A DNA stretch of 52,015 nt, from the NCBI GenBank assembly GCA_020429745.1, contig JAGQKZ010000002.1, positions 1 to 52,015 of the forward strand. Reading direction: 5' to 3'. Under the pieces are notes generated by a model. It was not told where the DNA came from. It did no database searches and was given only the letters and a program-made list of their open reading frames with translations. The DNA is from a candidate division WWE3 bacterium (GTDB taxonomy: Bacteria; Patescibacteriota; 4484-211; GCA-002791395). This document shows, one piece after another, positions 41,668 through 49,572 of this stretch. How positions within the stretch are numbered: position 1 is the first letter of the stretch; every line of letters starts with the position of its first letter. Made by a program: the position numbers and the translations under genes.

Positions 41668-42062
41668 CAGAACAGGCGATCTTAAAAACGTTCGACCCAA
41701 GGGCCGGAATTATCCTGGTTACTGCTACAATCACGAGTCATATCGAGATGAAAGCACGACTCGTCTTTGATACTGGGGCAACGTACTGTATGTTGCCGTG
41801 GTGGCTGATTAATAACCTGCAGATAAAGATTAACCCCAAAAACGTTACGCAAACCACAACGGCTAGCTCAGTCGAGACGTCACCGATTGTGAAACTCCCG
41901 GCTTTGGAGGTTTTAAATGAAAAGGTGGAGAACGTGACGTGTTTGGTGCGTGACCTTCCGCCGATGAGCAACGTCGACGGACTATTGGGACTAAGCTTCT
42001 TAAAATACTTTAATGTTAATATCAATTTTGAGGAAGGTGAGCTCTCCTTGGATCGATATTAG
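41664..42062 (+). CDS. retropepsin-like clan AA aspartic protease
   Basis: Catalytic LVFDTGATYCMLP (D-T-G) and GLLGLSFLKYF motifs. The 132-aa length matches single-lobe retropepsins that act as dimers. Confidence 0.8.
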   Translation: MTEQAILKTFDPRAGIILVTATITSHIEMKARLVFDTGATYCMLPWWLINNLQIKINPKNVTQTTTASSVETSPIVKLPALEVLNEKVENVTCLVRDLPPMSNVDGLLGLSFLKYFNVNINFEEGELSLDRY

Positions 42063-42076
42063 GTCGCTTGGTTTTA

Positions 42077-42105
42077 TTTGACACAGACATCACAAAGCTG
42101 TATAT
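42077..42105 (+). promoter_or_regulatory. promoter-like element of leader unit 1
   Basis: TTGACA 42077-42082, a 17-nt spacer, then TATATT 42100-42105. Confidence 0.5.
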
Positions 42106-42116
42106 TCCTTGACACA

Positions 42117-42188
42117 ATGCAAGGATTAACCTCACCTAACGCAGTGTCGTTTACGTCCCGCTATTTGGCGGGCTGCGCTGTTTTGTAA
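42117..42188 (+). CDS. 23-codon leader ORF 1 (MQGLTSPNAVSFTSRYLAGCAVL)
   Basis: ATG lies 11 nt after the -10 box. The ORF spans hairpin A (42157-42172) and stops at 42186-42188. Its geometry is identical to the ORF at 42825-42896. Confidence 0.35.
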   Translation: MQGLTSPNAVSFTSRYLAGCAVL

Positions 42189-42213
42189 ACCCTAGCTTTT
42201 ACAGGACCCAACA

Positions 42214-42236
42214 ACCCGCTAAACGGCGGGTTTTTT
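42214..42236 (+). terminator. intrinsic terminator of leader unit 1
   Basis: ACCCGCT-AAAC-GGCGGGT stem-loop followed by T6. Confidence 0.75.
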
Positions 42237-42377
42237 AGTTTTGGATTTTGCTAGTACAAAACGAGCACATTCACAAAGGTCTAATTCAAGTAGACAGGGT
42301 GTTAAACCCTAAACCCCAAAGATCGTGCACCTCTTGCACGAGAGATTTGTGTTTGCGAGAAACGAAAGGAGTAACCA

Positions 42378-42734
42378 ATGTTTCTCAACGTTCGACCCGA
42401 AGACGGTCTGGCGGTGGAGCTCGTTGCTGCGATGGGAGCTAGAATGATAGATCCCGGGCGGTACGAGCTGGATGGCGGCGGTGATCACGAGATCGCCGTT
42501 GTGTCGTTCACACAAGGCGCTATGCCGAAAGGAGTACTGCATCCAAGGAACAAGCCTACGCACTACCGCATCCTAAGGCGTAAGGGACCGCTGGATAGTC
42601 ACGTCAGTCCTCAGCTTCAGGGTGAAGTTGTCCTCGTGCTCAACCGAGATCAGGCCGAGTGGTTACTTGGGCAGGTGAAAAATATCCGCGGGCAGATCAG
42701 GATCGGCCAGACGGGAAAGATGTATACCCGTTAG
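42378..42734 (+). CDS. hypothetical protein (118 aa)
   Basis: SD AAAGGAG 6 nt upstream of the ATG. No motif recognised. A 5' UTR hairpin TCGTGCA/TGCACGA lies at about 42323-42341. Confidence 0.55.
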   Translation: MFLNVRPEDGLAVELVAAMGARMIDPGRYELDGGGDHEIAVVSFTQGAMPKGVLHPRNKPTHYRILRRKGPLDSHVSPQLQGEVVLVLNRDQAEWLLGQVKNIRGQIRIGQTGKMYTR

Positions 42735-42749
42735 TCTGGGACAAGGTGA

Positions 42750-42777
42750 GAGGGGAGGAGTTCATTCTCCTTCCCTC
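42750..42777 (+). terminator. stem-loop after the 118-aa ORF (no U tract)
   Basis: An 11-bp stem GAGGGGAGGAG / CTCCTTCCCTC (one G-U pair) with loop TTCATT. Confidence 0.4.
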
Positions 42778-42786
42778 AATTGGTAG

Positions 42787-42815
42787 TTGACATACTATCG
42801 GATGGGTGCTATTTT
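42787..42815 (+). promoter_or_regulatory. promoter-like element of leader unit 2
   Basis: TTGACA 42787-42792, a 17-nt spacer ending in TGC, then TATTTT 42810-42815. Confidence 0.45.
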
Positions 42816-42824
42816 TATTTCACA

Positions 42825-42896
42825 ATGTTGAATGTAAATCTAAATTACTGGCATCGCTATACAACCCTCCAAACGGCGGGCGTTAGTGCTGTGTAG
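42825..42896 (+). CDS. 23-codon leader ORF 2 (MLNVNLNYWHRYTTLQTAGVSAV)
   Basis: ATG lies 9 nt after the -10 box. The ORF spans hairpin A (42865-42880) and stops at 42894-42896. Confidence 0.35.
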   Translation: MLNVNLNYWHRYTTLQTAGVSAV

Positions 42897-42923
42897 TAAT
42901 AAGATTATTCACATAAACTGGTA

Positions 42924-42947
42924 ACCCGCCAAACGGCGGGTTTTTTT
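42924..42947 (+). terminator. intrinsic terminator of leader unit 2
   Basis: ACCCGCC-AAAC-GGCGGGT perfect 7-bp stem followed by T7. Confidence 0.75.
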
Positions 42948-43055
42948 ATGGCACATTAATAAACTGTTACTTACAGGAGAAGGCGCTTAATTACTTTCTC
43001 CAGGCTATCCATGTCAACGAATACAAGTTAACTAGTTGCTAAAAGGAGGCAAGCT

Positions 43056-44387
43056 ATGTATCACTCATTTGGAGACGCTGGCGATCAGCCATGGAAAAGA
43101 GGGTCAAGTGATGTTAGGGGTTCTGGTCAGCTTCGTGCTATTGCAACACCGAGGATCCATTGGAGTATAGACGCGCTGCAAAGTACCGAGCGGGCGATGG
43201 TCTCCTCCTTGCTTGAAAAAGTCAGGGGGGCAGGAGTTAATACTCACGGGGCAGCCGTTGCTGAGAGTTGTATCCTCCCGATAACGCAACAAAACCCCGG
43301 AACATACATAGTTGAATACGGTAGTAGTTCGGCTGTGGCGTGGGTACGCGAGGATATCGCCTTATTGAGGGCAGTCTCTATGTTGCCACGAGCAGTGGGG
43401 GTAGTTACTCTAGCTAAAGGAGGGCTCTCCCTCGCTGATTCTTTAACCGACACTCAAGCATCTTTTGGGCTGCTTGATGGGGCGGGAGACCTTAGGTCTC
43501 TTTTTACTACCGAACAGCTGTATCGACCTGCCGGGCAGGTTCCATTACCAAGGTGGTCTGATTTCCGGTCAATGTATCGGTCATTTGGCTTTTCTGCCTC
43601 GATGGAAATAATTAAGGCCTGCTTTGATGTAACTGCTGCTAGAAGCTGGTTCGACTTTGTTGGAGTGTATCGCTATGTGACGGGTCAGTTTGTGCGGTCT
43701 CTACTTGCAATCCCGAACGAATGGCGGGTTGTCAGCGGGGAGGATCTGTTTCTTTCGGCAGATGAGATAGCACAAGCGACTGTGACTGATTTTGCGAAGA
43801 CGGTGAGAGATGCTGCGCGTATCGCCTCATGGCAGAGAGCTCCCCGCGTACTCAACTTCCCATGCCAGAACAATGTGAGCCCTTGCGATCATTGGCACTA
43901 CATCAATGCTCGTGGACGGCAAGTCGGGTATAGTCCCGGACATGGTGCAGATGTTCCAAAAAAGTGTCGTGTCAGATCACCACAACAGACAACTGTCGGT
44001 CAGGCGATAACCTATGGCGCCGGGCTGTCTGGCATGGCACTCTACTATGCTATGGGTGTTCTTGGTAACTTGAGTGACCATGTGATCCTTGCAAGGGACT
44101 ACTCGAAGGGACAGGTATACCGTGTTCTTGAATCGTTTCTTCGTGATAAATCAAACCGCTTGCATGTGATTCCATATGGTGCTACATACCTTTATGCAAG
44201 AGGGTCTGATCCAGCAAAGAGTCTAGACTCGCTCGTTTTACTGGAAGTGCTTCTACGCTCTGGTAAGCCCGCAGATATTGTTCGTCAGATATTTGCAGGA
44301 TTTCCGGTTCCTTACAAGTCGCCTCACGAGGTATTTGTAGAGCTTGATTTGGATGGCACAGTAACAGTTTCACATCGGGAGGTGTGA
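43056..44387 (+). CDS. hypothetical protein (443 aa) with a C-terminal Rossmann-like GxGxxG signature
   Basis: SD AAAAGGAGG lies upstream. AITYGAGLSG (residues ~317-326), then HVILARD about 20 residues later, suggests a beta-alpha-beta dinucleotide/SAM-binding unit. The rest is unrecognisable. Confidence 0.7.
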   Translation: MYHSFGDAGDQPWKRGSSDVRGSGQLRAIATPRIHWSIDALQSTERAMVSSLLEKVRGAGVNTHGAAVAESCILPITQQNPGTYIVEYGSSSAVAWVREDIALLRAVSMLPRAVGVVTLAKGGLSLADSLTDTQASFGLLDGAGDLRSLFTTEQLYRPAGQVPLPRWSDFRSMYRSFGFSASMEIIKACFDVTAARSWFDFVGVYRYVTGQFVRSLLAIPNEWRVVSGEDLFLSADEIAQATVTDFAKTVRDAARIASWQRAPRVLNFPCQNNVSPCDHWHYINARGRQVGYSPGHGADVPKKCRVRSPQQTTVGQAITYGAGLSGMALYYAMGVLGNLSDHVILARDYSKGQVYRVLESFLRDKSNRLHVIPYGATYLYARGSDPAKSLDSLVLLEVLLRSGKPADIVRQIFAGFPVPYKSPHEVFVELDLDGTVTVSHREV

Positions 44388-44394
44388 AAAAAGA

Positions 44395-45192
44395 ATGGAG
44401 CTGAGTGCTGGAATATATTGTTTTTACAACGGTTATTCACACGCACCCAGCTCCGTCTTCATAACTATGAATAAAGAAGATAAAAATAAAACTAAATATA
44501 TTTTGGGGATTACGGCACACCCAGACGATCACATATCGTTCGCTGGGACTGTGATAAAGCTGGGCAAAATGGGTTACTCGTATGCCGAAATCGTATTGTC
44601 TGACGCTGAAGAGTCAGGTATGGTTAAAGGTGGTCAACGGCTTGTTCGTGTTGACAAAAGAGAACATCTCGACGTCAGGTGGAATACAGAGTTTGCCGAA
44701 GCCGCCCGTATTTTAAACATTAAGTCGCTGTACCGCTTGGGGTTGCCCAATATCGGTATTGAGTACTCGAAAAATACGGCGCTAACAATCATGCAAATAG
44801 TGCGAAGTGTCCGGCCGGAGATTGCATTTGTCCACCACCCAAGTGACTATATGAGCGATCATATTCAAGCAGCGTACGTTAGCTTGGAAGCAATTAAACT
44901 AGCAGCGTATTCATTCCGTTTAGATCTGGGTAATAACTGGAGAACGCCTGTGGTGTTACATTTTGAGGGTGTGAATCCAATTGACGCTCAGGTGTTGGTT
45001 GATATCTCTGCCGAGTTTGAAGAAAAACTAAAAGTACTTCACGCTTATGGATCACAATTTGGTGATAGGTCATTCCAATTGACCGAAGGTGCCGCAAAGT
45101 ATAGGGGGTACGCAAGGCGAACAGCCTTAGCAGAGGCTTTCGAGATCCCGAAGAACTATCCGATGTGGGAGATTGGAGGTGCACTGAAATGA
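44395..45192 (+). CDS. PIG-L/LmbE-family N-acetylglucosaminyl deacetylase
   Basis: LGITAHPDDHISFAG (AHPDD metal motif) and HHPSDYMSDH. SD GGGAGGTG lies before ATG 44395 (alternative ATG at 44467). Confidence 0.85.
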   Translation: MELSAGIYCFYNGYSHAPSSVFITMNKEDKNKTKYILGITAHPDDHISFAGTVIKLGKMGYSYAEIVLSDAEESGMVKGGQRLVRVDKREHLDVRWNTEFAEAARILNIKSLYRLGLPNIGIEYSKNTALTIMQIVRSVRPEIAFVHHPSDYMSDHIQAAYVSLEAIKLAAYSFRLDLGNNWRTPVVLHFEGVNPIDAQVLVDISAEFEEKLKVLHAYGSQFGDRSFQLTEGAAKYRGYARRTALAEAFEIPKNYPMWEIGGALK

Positions 45193-46277
45193 ATATTTTA
45201 TTCGCCCATGACTACCCACCTATTGAAGGTGGCGGTCTTGAGGTAAACACCTTTGCAGTAGCGTCTGAGTTAACTGCTAGGGGGAACGCGGTGACGATCA
45301 TTACATCAAGGAGAAGCTCTGAGACATTCATGGGTGGTGTCCCAGCTGAACAGAACGGGGTTCAGATTAGAATCGTTAAAGACCTTCAGGAAGTTGCTGG
45401 TTATGTGCAGGCCGCAGATGTTATTTGTCCGCAAATGACGTTTTCTCTTCGAGACTGCGGGATTGAAGCGATCCGCCAAGCGTTGGCGATGGGCAAGGTG
45501 GTCATTGTTTCACAACACACGGCAACCAATCATATTCCCTACTCAAACTTACAACGGTTGTCTCTTTCACAGCGCAATGTCAGGCTTGAAGAGTATCGAG
45601 ACTTACTCAATAACGAAGGGGTAGCGGTAGTGGCTCCATCAATAATGCTCGCGGATGATTTAACCAGTTTTGGGGTTGTCAAGGATATCACCATAATCCC
45701 GATCGGGATCGAGCAGCCAAATACAGAAAAGTCTGACAAAAAGTATGATCTGGTAACAGTAGGAGAGGTTTCATACTTGAAAGGCCTCAACTATCTCTGC
45801 GATTCGATTCGGCTATTAAAAAATGAGGGAATGGTCGTGACGGCAGCTGTAGCGGGAGGTGGGTCGGAGTTTGAACTGGTGAAGGCGCTCGCATCAAGCC
45901 TCGAAATTGCAGATCAAATTGATTTTCTAGGCTATATACCGCATAAACGTGTAAATAACGTGCTGGCACAGTCAAGGGTTATGGTACACCCTTCACTATC
46001 TGAGGTCATGCCGCTTGTTATCATTGAAGCTATGCTTATGAACGTGCCTGTCGTCGCGAGCAATGTTGGGTTTTGTGGCTCGTTGTTGAAACAATCCGGG
46101 GGTGGGGTAGTGTTTGAACGTGGTGATGTGGCGGGTCTTGCTGCAAGTATTAAGATATTCCTTAGTAACGAGAGGCTATGTACTGCGATGGGGCAGTCCG
46201 GTAAAGTTTATTGTAAAGAGAGGTACACGATCGATGTTCAAGTGGATCGATTGGTAAAAATGATCGAATCGCGCTAA
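45189..46277 (+). CDS. family 4 (GT-B) glycosyltransferase
   Basis: MNILFAHDYPPIEGGGLE N-terminus and C-terminal EX7E region HPSLSEVMPLVIIEAM. The ATG overlaps the deacetylase stop (ATGA). Confidence 0.9.
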   Translation: MNILFAHDYPPIEGGGLEVNTFAVASELTARGNAVTIITSRRSSETFMGGVPAEQNGVQIRIVKDLQEVAGYVQAADVICPQMTFSLRDCGIEAIRQALAMGKVVIVSQHTATNHIPYSNLQRLSLSQRNVRLEEYRDLLNNEGVAVVAPSIMLADDLTSFGVVKDITIIPIGIEQPNTEKSDKKYDLVTVGEVSYLKGLNYLCDSIRLLKNEGMVVTAAVAGGGSEFELVKALASSLEIADQIDFLGYIPHKRVNNVLAQSRVMVHPSLSEVMPLVIIEAMLMNVPVVASNVGFCGSLLKQSGGGVVFERGDVAGLAASIKIFLSNERLCTAMGQSGKVYCKERYTIDVQVDRLVKMIESR

Positions 46278-46353
46278 ACGGAGTCATCTTGAGTTCGGAA
46301 CATACTTCGACCGCACATACAGGGCAATTAGGTCAATTCGAAGTTTGAACAGT

Positions 46354-47709
46354 CTAGAACGGTAAGATGCTTACGATCTTGTAGGCGAAACCGTTTGCCG
46401 CTTTGTTTATAGCGTTGAGCAAAACGCTTTTTGTCGAGCGCCAGTGGTCTAACTTAGCACCAAGCGTGAGTGAGCTGACGTATGCTTGAACGTCGTCTTC
46501 CGATCGATTAGCGTACTTTGCGTAGTCGACAAGGAATCGATTGGTAGCATTGACGATTCTTTGCGGATCGCCAGTTTTAAACGCAATCTCGTACTCACCG
46601 AAGAAGTCCGACATCGACGTAAGTGTGGAAGAGAGACTTTCAGACAAACCTTCCGACCCTTCCGGCTTTGGGAGTTTTGCAAACTGAGCCTGGTAAGTGC
46701 TTAACTCGTCACTGATCTCGCCGATTGTTTTTACAAATATGTCAAGGTCGTTTGTCTCAAATGCCTGATCTAAAGCCACTGTCATGTCGTCAAGGCGTTT
46801 GGTTATTACAATAGAAAACTCCTCGAAACCGACCACAACGTCTACATCGTCGACAAACTCTCGTCCGGCGGCAGAAGCAGCTTTGATTTTTGCCAACAAG
46901 TCCTCATTTATCGTCGAAGTTGCCGCCATACCCTCGATCTTTTCGACAGCCTCCTGTTTTTCAATAGCAAGATCGGAATATGATTTGGCGGTGTAGACCA
47001 GCTGAGATTGTGCCTCGACCTCAGCATCGTAAGCTAGGGTGTTAGATCCTGCCACGTCGCCGAACTGTCCAGCAGATTCATCGCCCACCATATTTTTCGA
47101 GTCTATGTTAGCAGTAAATGCTAGTCGTTGTGCCTGCTCCTGTATGGTGCCGATCTGTCTCTCCTCCTGCACATCTTGGTAGTAGTTGACCATGTTATTG
47201 ACGTGTTTCAGCGTGTCTGAAAAAACCTGCTCGGCCTCGTTTAAACTCAGCTCAGTTGAGTCGGCGATGCCGACAACGTCTTTCGTGGGAACAACGGCTA
47301 CGAAGTAGACAACGATCAATAGAGCGGCAATAACTGTTGTAACGCTAAGTCCGGCTAATACCATGCGCATCGTCTTACCGTCAGAGGGCATTTGGTCAGT
47401 GTCTGTTGGTATGCGGAGTCTGTTGTCGAGACTTAGACTATTAGGCACGGCTGGGGCTTGTTGAGTTGAGATCTTTGGCTGTGGTGTAGGCGTGTCTCCA
47501 AGTGCAGCAGCGCTACTTAGTGCAGATACGTTGGGTGATGGCTTTGCTTTTTGAGTGTTTACCTGATTTGGTGATTTGGGTGTGATGACGGTTTCAGGGT
47601 GTGCGGTCTCTTTCTGTGGAACGACCGAACTTATGAACTTGCCTGAGCACGCTGCGCACATTAAGTTATTAACCTTCTCAGTTTCTTTACCGCAGCTAAT
47701 GCACTTCAT
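46354..47709 (-). CDS. hypothetical membrane-anchored protein with an N-terminal zinc ribbon
   Basis: CISCGKETEKVNNLMCAAC, a Pro/Thr/Ser-rich linker, a TM helix (LAGLSVTTVIAALLIVVYFVAVV), and a ~300-aa helical ectodomain. Confidence 0.7.
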   Translation of the reverse strand: MKCISCGKETEKVNNLMCAACSGKFISSVVPQKETAHPETVITPKSPNQVNTQKAKPSPNVSALSSAAALGDTPTPQPKISTQQAPAVPNSLSLDNRLRIPTDTDQMPSDGKTMRMVLAGLSVTTVIAALLIVVYFVAVVPTKDVVGIADSTELSLNEAEQVFSDTLKHVNNMVNYYQDVQEERQIGTIQEQAQRLAFTANIDSKNMVGDESAGQFGDVAGSNTLAYDAEVEAQSQLVYTAKSYSDLAIEKQEAVEKIEGMAATSTINEDLLAKIKAASAAGREFVDDVDVVVGFEEFSIVITKRLDDMTVALDQAFETNDLDIFVKTIGEISDELSTYQAQFAKLPKPEGSEGLSESLSSTLTSMSDFFGEYEIAFKTGDPQRIVNATNRFLVDYAKYANRSEDDVQAYVSSLTLGAKLDHWRSTKSVLLNAINKAANGFAYKIVSILPF

Positions 47710-47742
47710 GACAGTATGGTAATTATTGTATGGTATGTGTGA

Positions 47743-48966
47743 TCACTTAAGCAAGGTACAGGCTTTTTTTAGTGCCGATAGAAATGCATCGACCTCAGAG
47801 ACCGTATTGTAGATGCCGAAACTTATGCGCAAGGTGGAGTTTGTTTTTAATACTTGGGTATGAAGGGGGATTGCGCAGTGGTTGCCGGCACGGACCATAA
47901 TACCGTCTTCGTCGAGTAGCGTCGCAAGATCAAACGCATCGATACCATCAACGTTTAGACTGACAACGCCAAGGTTTTGGTCACCCGGTGAACTATAAAT
48001 CTTTAGACCGGGGATATTTGTACTTTCAAGTCCGTCGAGTAAATATCGACGTAACCCTTGTTCGTGTTCCATGATCTTGTCTATTCCTAATGTTTGAACG
48101 AACTTAACTGCCGTTGCTAGACCAACGACTCCGGCGACGTTTGGTGTGCCCACCTCAAAGCGATGTGGTACTTTGTTGAGGGTAAAACTCGTCCAGGTTA
48201 CGTCTTCAACCGTCCCGCCGCCACTGTGTGGGGATCCGAGACTGCCGAGAACGTTTTTTTTACCGTAAAGAACGCCTATCCCCTGTGGTCCGTAGAGTTT
48301 GTGTGCTGAGAAGGCGAGGAGGTCACATCCCAGGTCTTTTACGTCCGCGGGGATATGTCCAACCGATTGTGCCGCGTCAACGAGGCAAATTGCCGATGGG
48401 TGATGTTTTTTCACCGTTGCAATAAACTCCTTTACGGGATTGATCGTCCCTAAAACGTTTGAAGAATGGGGGAGCGCGAAGATACGGATCTGATTTTCAC
48501 TGACTATCTTTTCCAGCGCCGTTTGGTCGAGGGCGTAATCTGATGTCAGCGGAACGTATCTGACCGTTAACGCCTTCTCTTTTGCCAGCGCCAGCCAGGG
48601 AGTTAGGTTGCTGTGGTGGTCTATTTGGGTTAGAAGAATAACATCTCCGGTTCGGTAGTCGAGTTTGCTTAACATCTCTGCCGTCAGATTAATTCCGTCG
48701 GTTGTGTTCTTGGTAAAGATAACCTCATTGACGTCGGCGTTAATAAAACCCGCAACAACTTGTCGCGCCGCCTCGTAGCGAGCGGTGGCATCGCGTGTCA
48801 GGCTATGATTCCCACGCCCGACGTTGCCCTCATAAAGTTTGTAATGCTCGCTAATCGCATCGATCACGGATTGTGGGAGCTGCGTCGTGGCGGCATTGTC
48901 GAGATATATCAACTGATCGTTTGCTTCCAAATAAGGGAACTGCGACCGTATCTCTTTAATGTTCAT
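47743..48966 (-). CDS. sufS: SufS/CsdA-type cysteine desulfurase (class V aminotransferase)
   Basis: PLP lysine in FSAHKLYGPQGIG. Active-site loop RAGNHCA. Starts 5 nt after the def stop. Confidence 0.9.
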   Translation of the reverse strand: MNIKEIRSQFPYLEANDQLIYLDNAATTQLPQSVIDAISEHYKLYEGNVGRGNHSLTRDATARYEAARQVVAGFINADVNEVIFTKNTTDGINLTAEMLSKLDYRTGDVILLTQIDHHSNLTPWLALAKEKALTVRYVPLTSDYALDQTALEKIVSENQIRIFALPHSSNVLGTINPVKEFIATVKKHHPSAICLVDAAQSVGHIPADVKDLGCDLLAFSAHKLYGPQGIGVLYGKKNVLGSLGSPHSGGGTVEDVTWTSFTLNKVPHRFEVGTPNVAGVVGLATAVKFVQTLGIDKIMEHEQGLRRYLLDGLESTNIPGLKIYSSPGDQNLGVVSLNVDGIDAFDLATLLDEDGIMVRAGNHCAIPLHTQVLKTNSTLRISFGIYNTVSEVDAFLSALKKACTLLK

Positions 48967-48971
48967 CCCGC

Positions 48972-49532
48972 TTACCCGACCGGGTCCCTCTCTTCAGGCT
49001 CCTCCGAAAGCATCTTCTCCAGCTGTTGGGTGTCCAAAAGCTCAGATTCGAGCTTGTCGATAAATAGTACGCCGTTTAAATGATCGAGTTCGTGTTGAAT
49101 AAGCCGGGCGTAAAAGTCTTTGGCATTCACCTTGAATTTGTCGCCACGTAGGTTTTGCGCCTCCACAACGATATCTGTTGCGCGACGCACCTTGCCCCAT
49201 TGATCTGGGGTCCCTTCTGGCCCGTTAAAGCTAAGACATCCTTCCCAGTCGAGGTCGGTTTCTTTTGAAAAACTCGTTATTTTAGGGTTAACAAAATACT
49301 GCTTCAAGAACTCCCCTTCACGTACCTCGAGGTTGATAATAAAGATACGATGTAGCACTCCGACCTGATTTGCAGATAAACCTGCAGCAAGAGGCCCGTA
49401 AGATTCAAGCGTTTCCATCATATTGTTGGCAAACTGTGCAAAGTCGTTACTCGCTAACACGTCCTCGTCCACCTCTTCCGCCAATTGGCGCAATACTGGG
49501 GTTGGGTATTGGACGATTGTTAGTACCGACAT
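48972..49532 (-). CDS. def: peptide deformylase
   Basis: Motifs GLSANQVG, EGCLSF and HELDHLNG. Start set to ATG 49532 (MSVLTIVQYP), 6 nt after TATAAT (rc of 49539-49544). Confidence 0.92.
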   Translation of the reverse strand: MSVLTIVQYPTPVLRQLAEEVDEDVLASNDFAQFANNMMETLESYGPLAAGLSANQVGVLHRIFIINLEVREGEFLKQYFVNPKITSFSKETDLDWEGCLSFNGPEGTPDQWGKVRRATDIVVEAQNLRGDKFKVNAKDFYARLIQHELDHLNGVLFIDKLESELLDTQQLEKMLSEEPEERDPVG

Positions 49533-49572
49533 AGCGACATTATACAACGGTCTGACATGGTAATATTGCCTC

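Noticed and set aside
40598-46277. Idea that the region downstream of tRNA-Arg is an integrated genomic island
   Set aside because: I saw no integrase, recombinase or transposase, and no direct repeat of the tRNA 3' end. yebC lies immediately next to the tRNA. The apparent G+C and SD differences were judged only by eye.
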